DNA of 64,000 nt from Octopus sinensis (lineage: Eukaryota), in NCBI RefSeq assembly GCF_006345805.1, contig NC_043012.1:4340001-4404000 (forward strand), in the 5' to 3' direction. Position numbers and translations under genes: made by a program. The notes under the pieces were generated by a model. It did not search any database. It saw nothing but the letters and a program-made list of their open reading frames with translations, and was not told where the DNA came from. The first letter of the stretch is position 1; every line of letters begins with the position of its first letter. Below, piece by piece: positions 62,441-64,000 of this stretch.

Positions 62441-63754
62441 TATATATAAGATATAAACTCAAATTAGGCAGTCATACACATACAGTTATAAATTCAACTT
62501 AAAATGCACATGCATATATTAATACATATCGACACATATGAATATTTAAAAAAATACTTATAAGATATAAATATGTATGTATATATATAAATATACATAA
62601 AAATAGAGCTGGCTGTCTGGTTTCCATGGCATACAAGCAACCAAGATCACAACACTCCCTAAAGCAATGCGAAATGAAGTGTTTTGATCAAGAATGCAAT
62701 GCAGTGCCTAGTCTAGGATTAGAAACCGTTATCTTGCAACTGTGAGTTCGAACCTCTAACCCATTTGGCAAAAAACCTTCACCCTTACTTATTCAGGAAA
62801 GAAAGATTGAACCTTTTCTGTCTGGATGCACCTGTAGAAATTTCTAAGCTTAATGAAAATTTTAAAATTTGGTATATTGATGTAATTTTTCATGCTGAAT
62901 CTCAAGAGATAATTCACTTTTCCAGAAAAAAAAAGAAAAAGTTACAGTGTTTAAAGTTTGATAATTTTTACCCAGTCAGAAAACAAGATTTGGAAGCTGT
63001 CATTTTGTACATGACTGCATGTGTTGTCAACTGTAAAAAAAAAAAGTGTAATATTGGCAAAATTCTGCTCTATGGACACCATATAACCCCTTAACTTTTT
63101 TTATTTTGGGGAATTTTTGTAAATTTTTTGTAAATTTGTCTTCTACACATGGAAATTCATATGGCTATGTAAAAAAAAAAATTCATGTGTAATCTAAGGC
63201 CTATCTAGCTATTATTTTTAGCACATCTCATGATCACTTCAGACCAGATGTGTTGTAAGCATTCAATAAGCGACAAAAAGAAGACATTGTAAGCAGCTTG
63301 GTAATAGCTTAACTTGTTACTATAGAAACAGGCACCTATATGTCTGTGGCTTTGAACTGGGTAAAATTATCCAAAATTTGCAAACTTTAAAAGCTATTAA
63401 CTCTTTATTTATTGATTTATGGTGAAAATGAATGTCATGTCAATGATTACTTTAGAAAACTACACAAATACACCAAATATGAAATCAATTGGAACAAAAA
63501 TTAAAAAAATGGAACAGTGACAGCCAAACAGAAAAGATCCCCAAAATTTTAAAATGCAGACAATAGAATTTTCTAAAAATCATTGCAGGAAGAACAGAGA
63601 GAATGAATCAGTCTCTGATCAGTTTGTTTAGGATATGAATAAGTATAGTACTTACAAGGATGTCACCTCTCCTGATCTCCAGACCTGAAGTTGTTGTATT
63701 GTAAAACATCTGAAGGATAGAAAAATACAGGAATACAGCAAAAATAAAAATAAC

Positions 63755-63766
63755 AACAACAACAAC

Positions 63767-63816
<50 letters not shown>

Positions 63817-63846
63817 TAATAATAATAATGATAATGATAATAATAA
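63755..63846. repeat. (AAC)n(AAT)n microsatellite
   Basis: Directly visible; explains the poly-I and poly-Y ORFs. Confidence 0.95.
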
Positions 63847-64000
63847 ATTCGTTTATTGGCCACAAGGGCTTACATAAATTTACATTAAAACACATACAAC
63901 ATAAAAGACAAAAACAGGACGATACAATGGGTTTTACAACAAGTAAACAATACATATATAACGATTAAAAATTAAACAATTTAAAACTCCTTCTTTTTAA

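Noticed and set aside
62787-62832. Possible - strand micro-exon of PHM (CTACAG...GTAAGG)
   Set aside because: No frame resembles PHM, and the segment appears to sit in transposon-like sequence.

Overview
AT-rich, intron-rich animal genomic DNA, not prokaryotic: there are no operons or CRISPR arrays. It is dominated by SINEs, MITEs, decayed LINE/LTR elements and microsatellites. The repeat repertoire looks like an octopus/coleoid cephalopod, but that is recalled pattern recognition and not a database result. Two convergent host genes can be reconstructed by hand. (1) A + strand basigin/neuroplastin-family gene with six coding exons (25378-25656, 26986-27168, 28870-28956, 34865-35131, 35520-35655, 39369-39429). 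All have GT-AG junctions and join into one open frame: 3 Ig domains, the TM segment LAALWPFLGIVAEVVILCIIIFICEKKR and an RQRN tail. Its signal-peptide exon was not found. (2) The apparent last exon of a - strand peptidylglycine alpha-hydroxylating monooxygenase (PHM/PAM) gene at 59341-59761 (EMCNFYVMYY), ending in an acidic tail. Mobile DNA includes a Ty3/Gypsy pol remnant, a near full-length mariner nested inside one SINE and interrupted by another, RTE, Tx1-like, Jockey/CR1-like and RLE-type LINE remnants, TTAA-flanked piggyBac-like MITEs and a non-autonomous Helitron. The structures most worth follow-up are: a perfect 151-bp inverted duplication enclosing an RTE in the last basigin intron; a 72-bp-stem hairpin downstream of the basigin stop; a tandem pair of decayed Penelope-type hammerhead motifs; a 1.9-kb 28-bp satellite; and the PHM tail, whose stop codon overlaps a possible splice donor. 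I do not see strong evidence for a wholly new biological system; these are candidates only. Most short ORFs in the supplied track are repeat artefacts. Repeat boundaries are approximate unless TIR/TSD ends are quoted.
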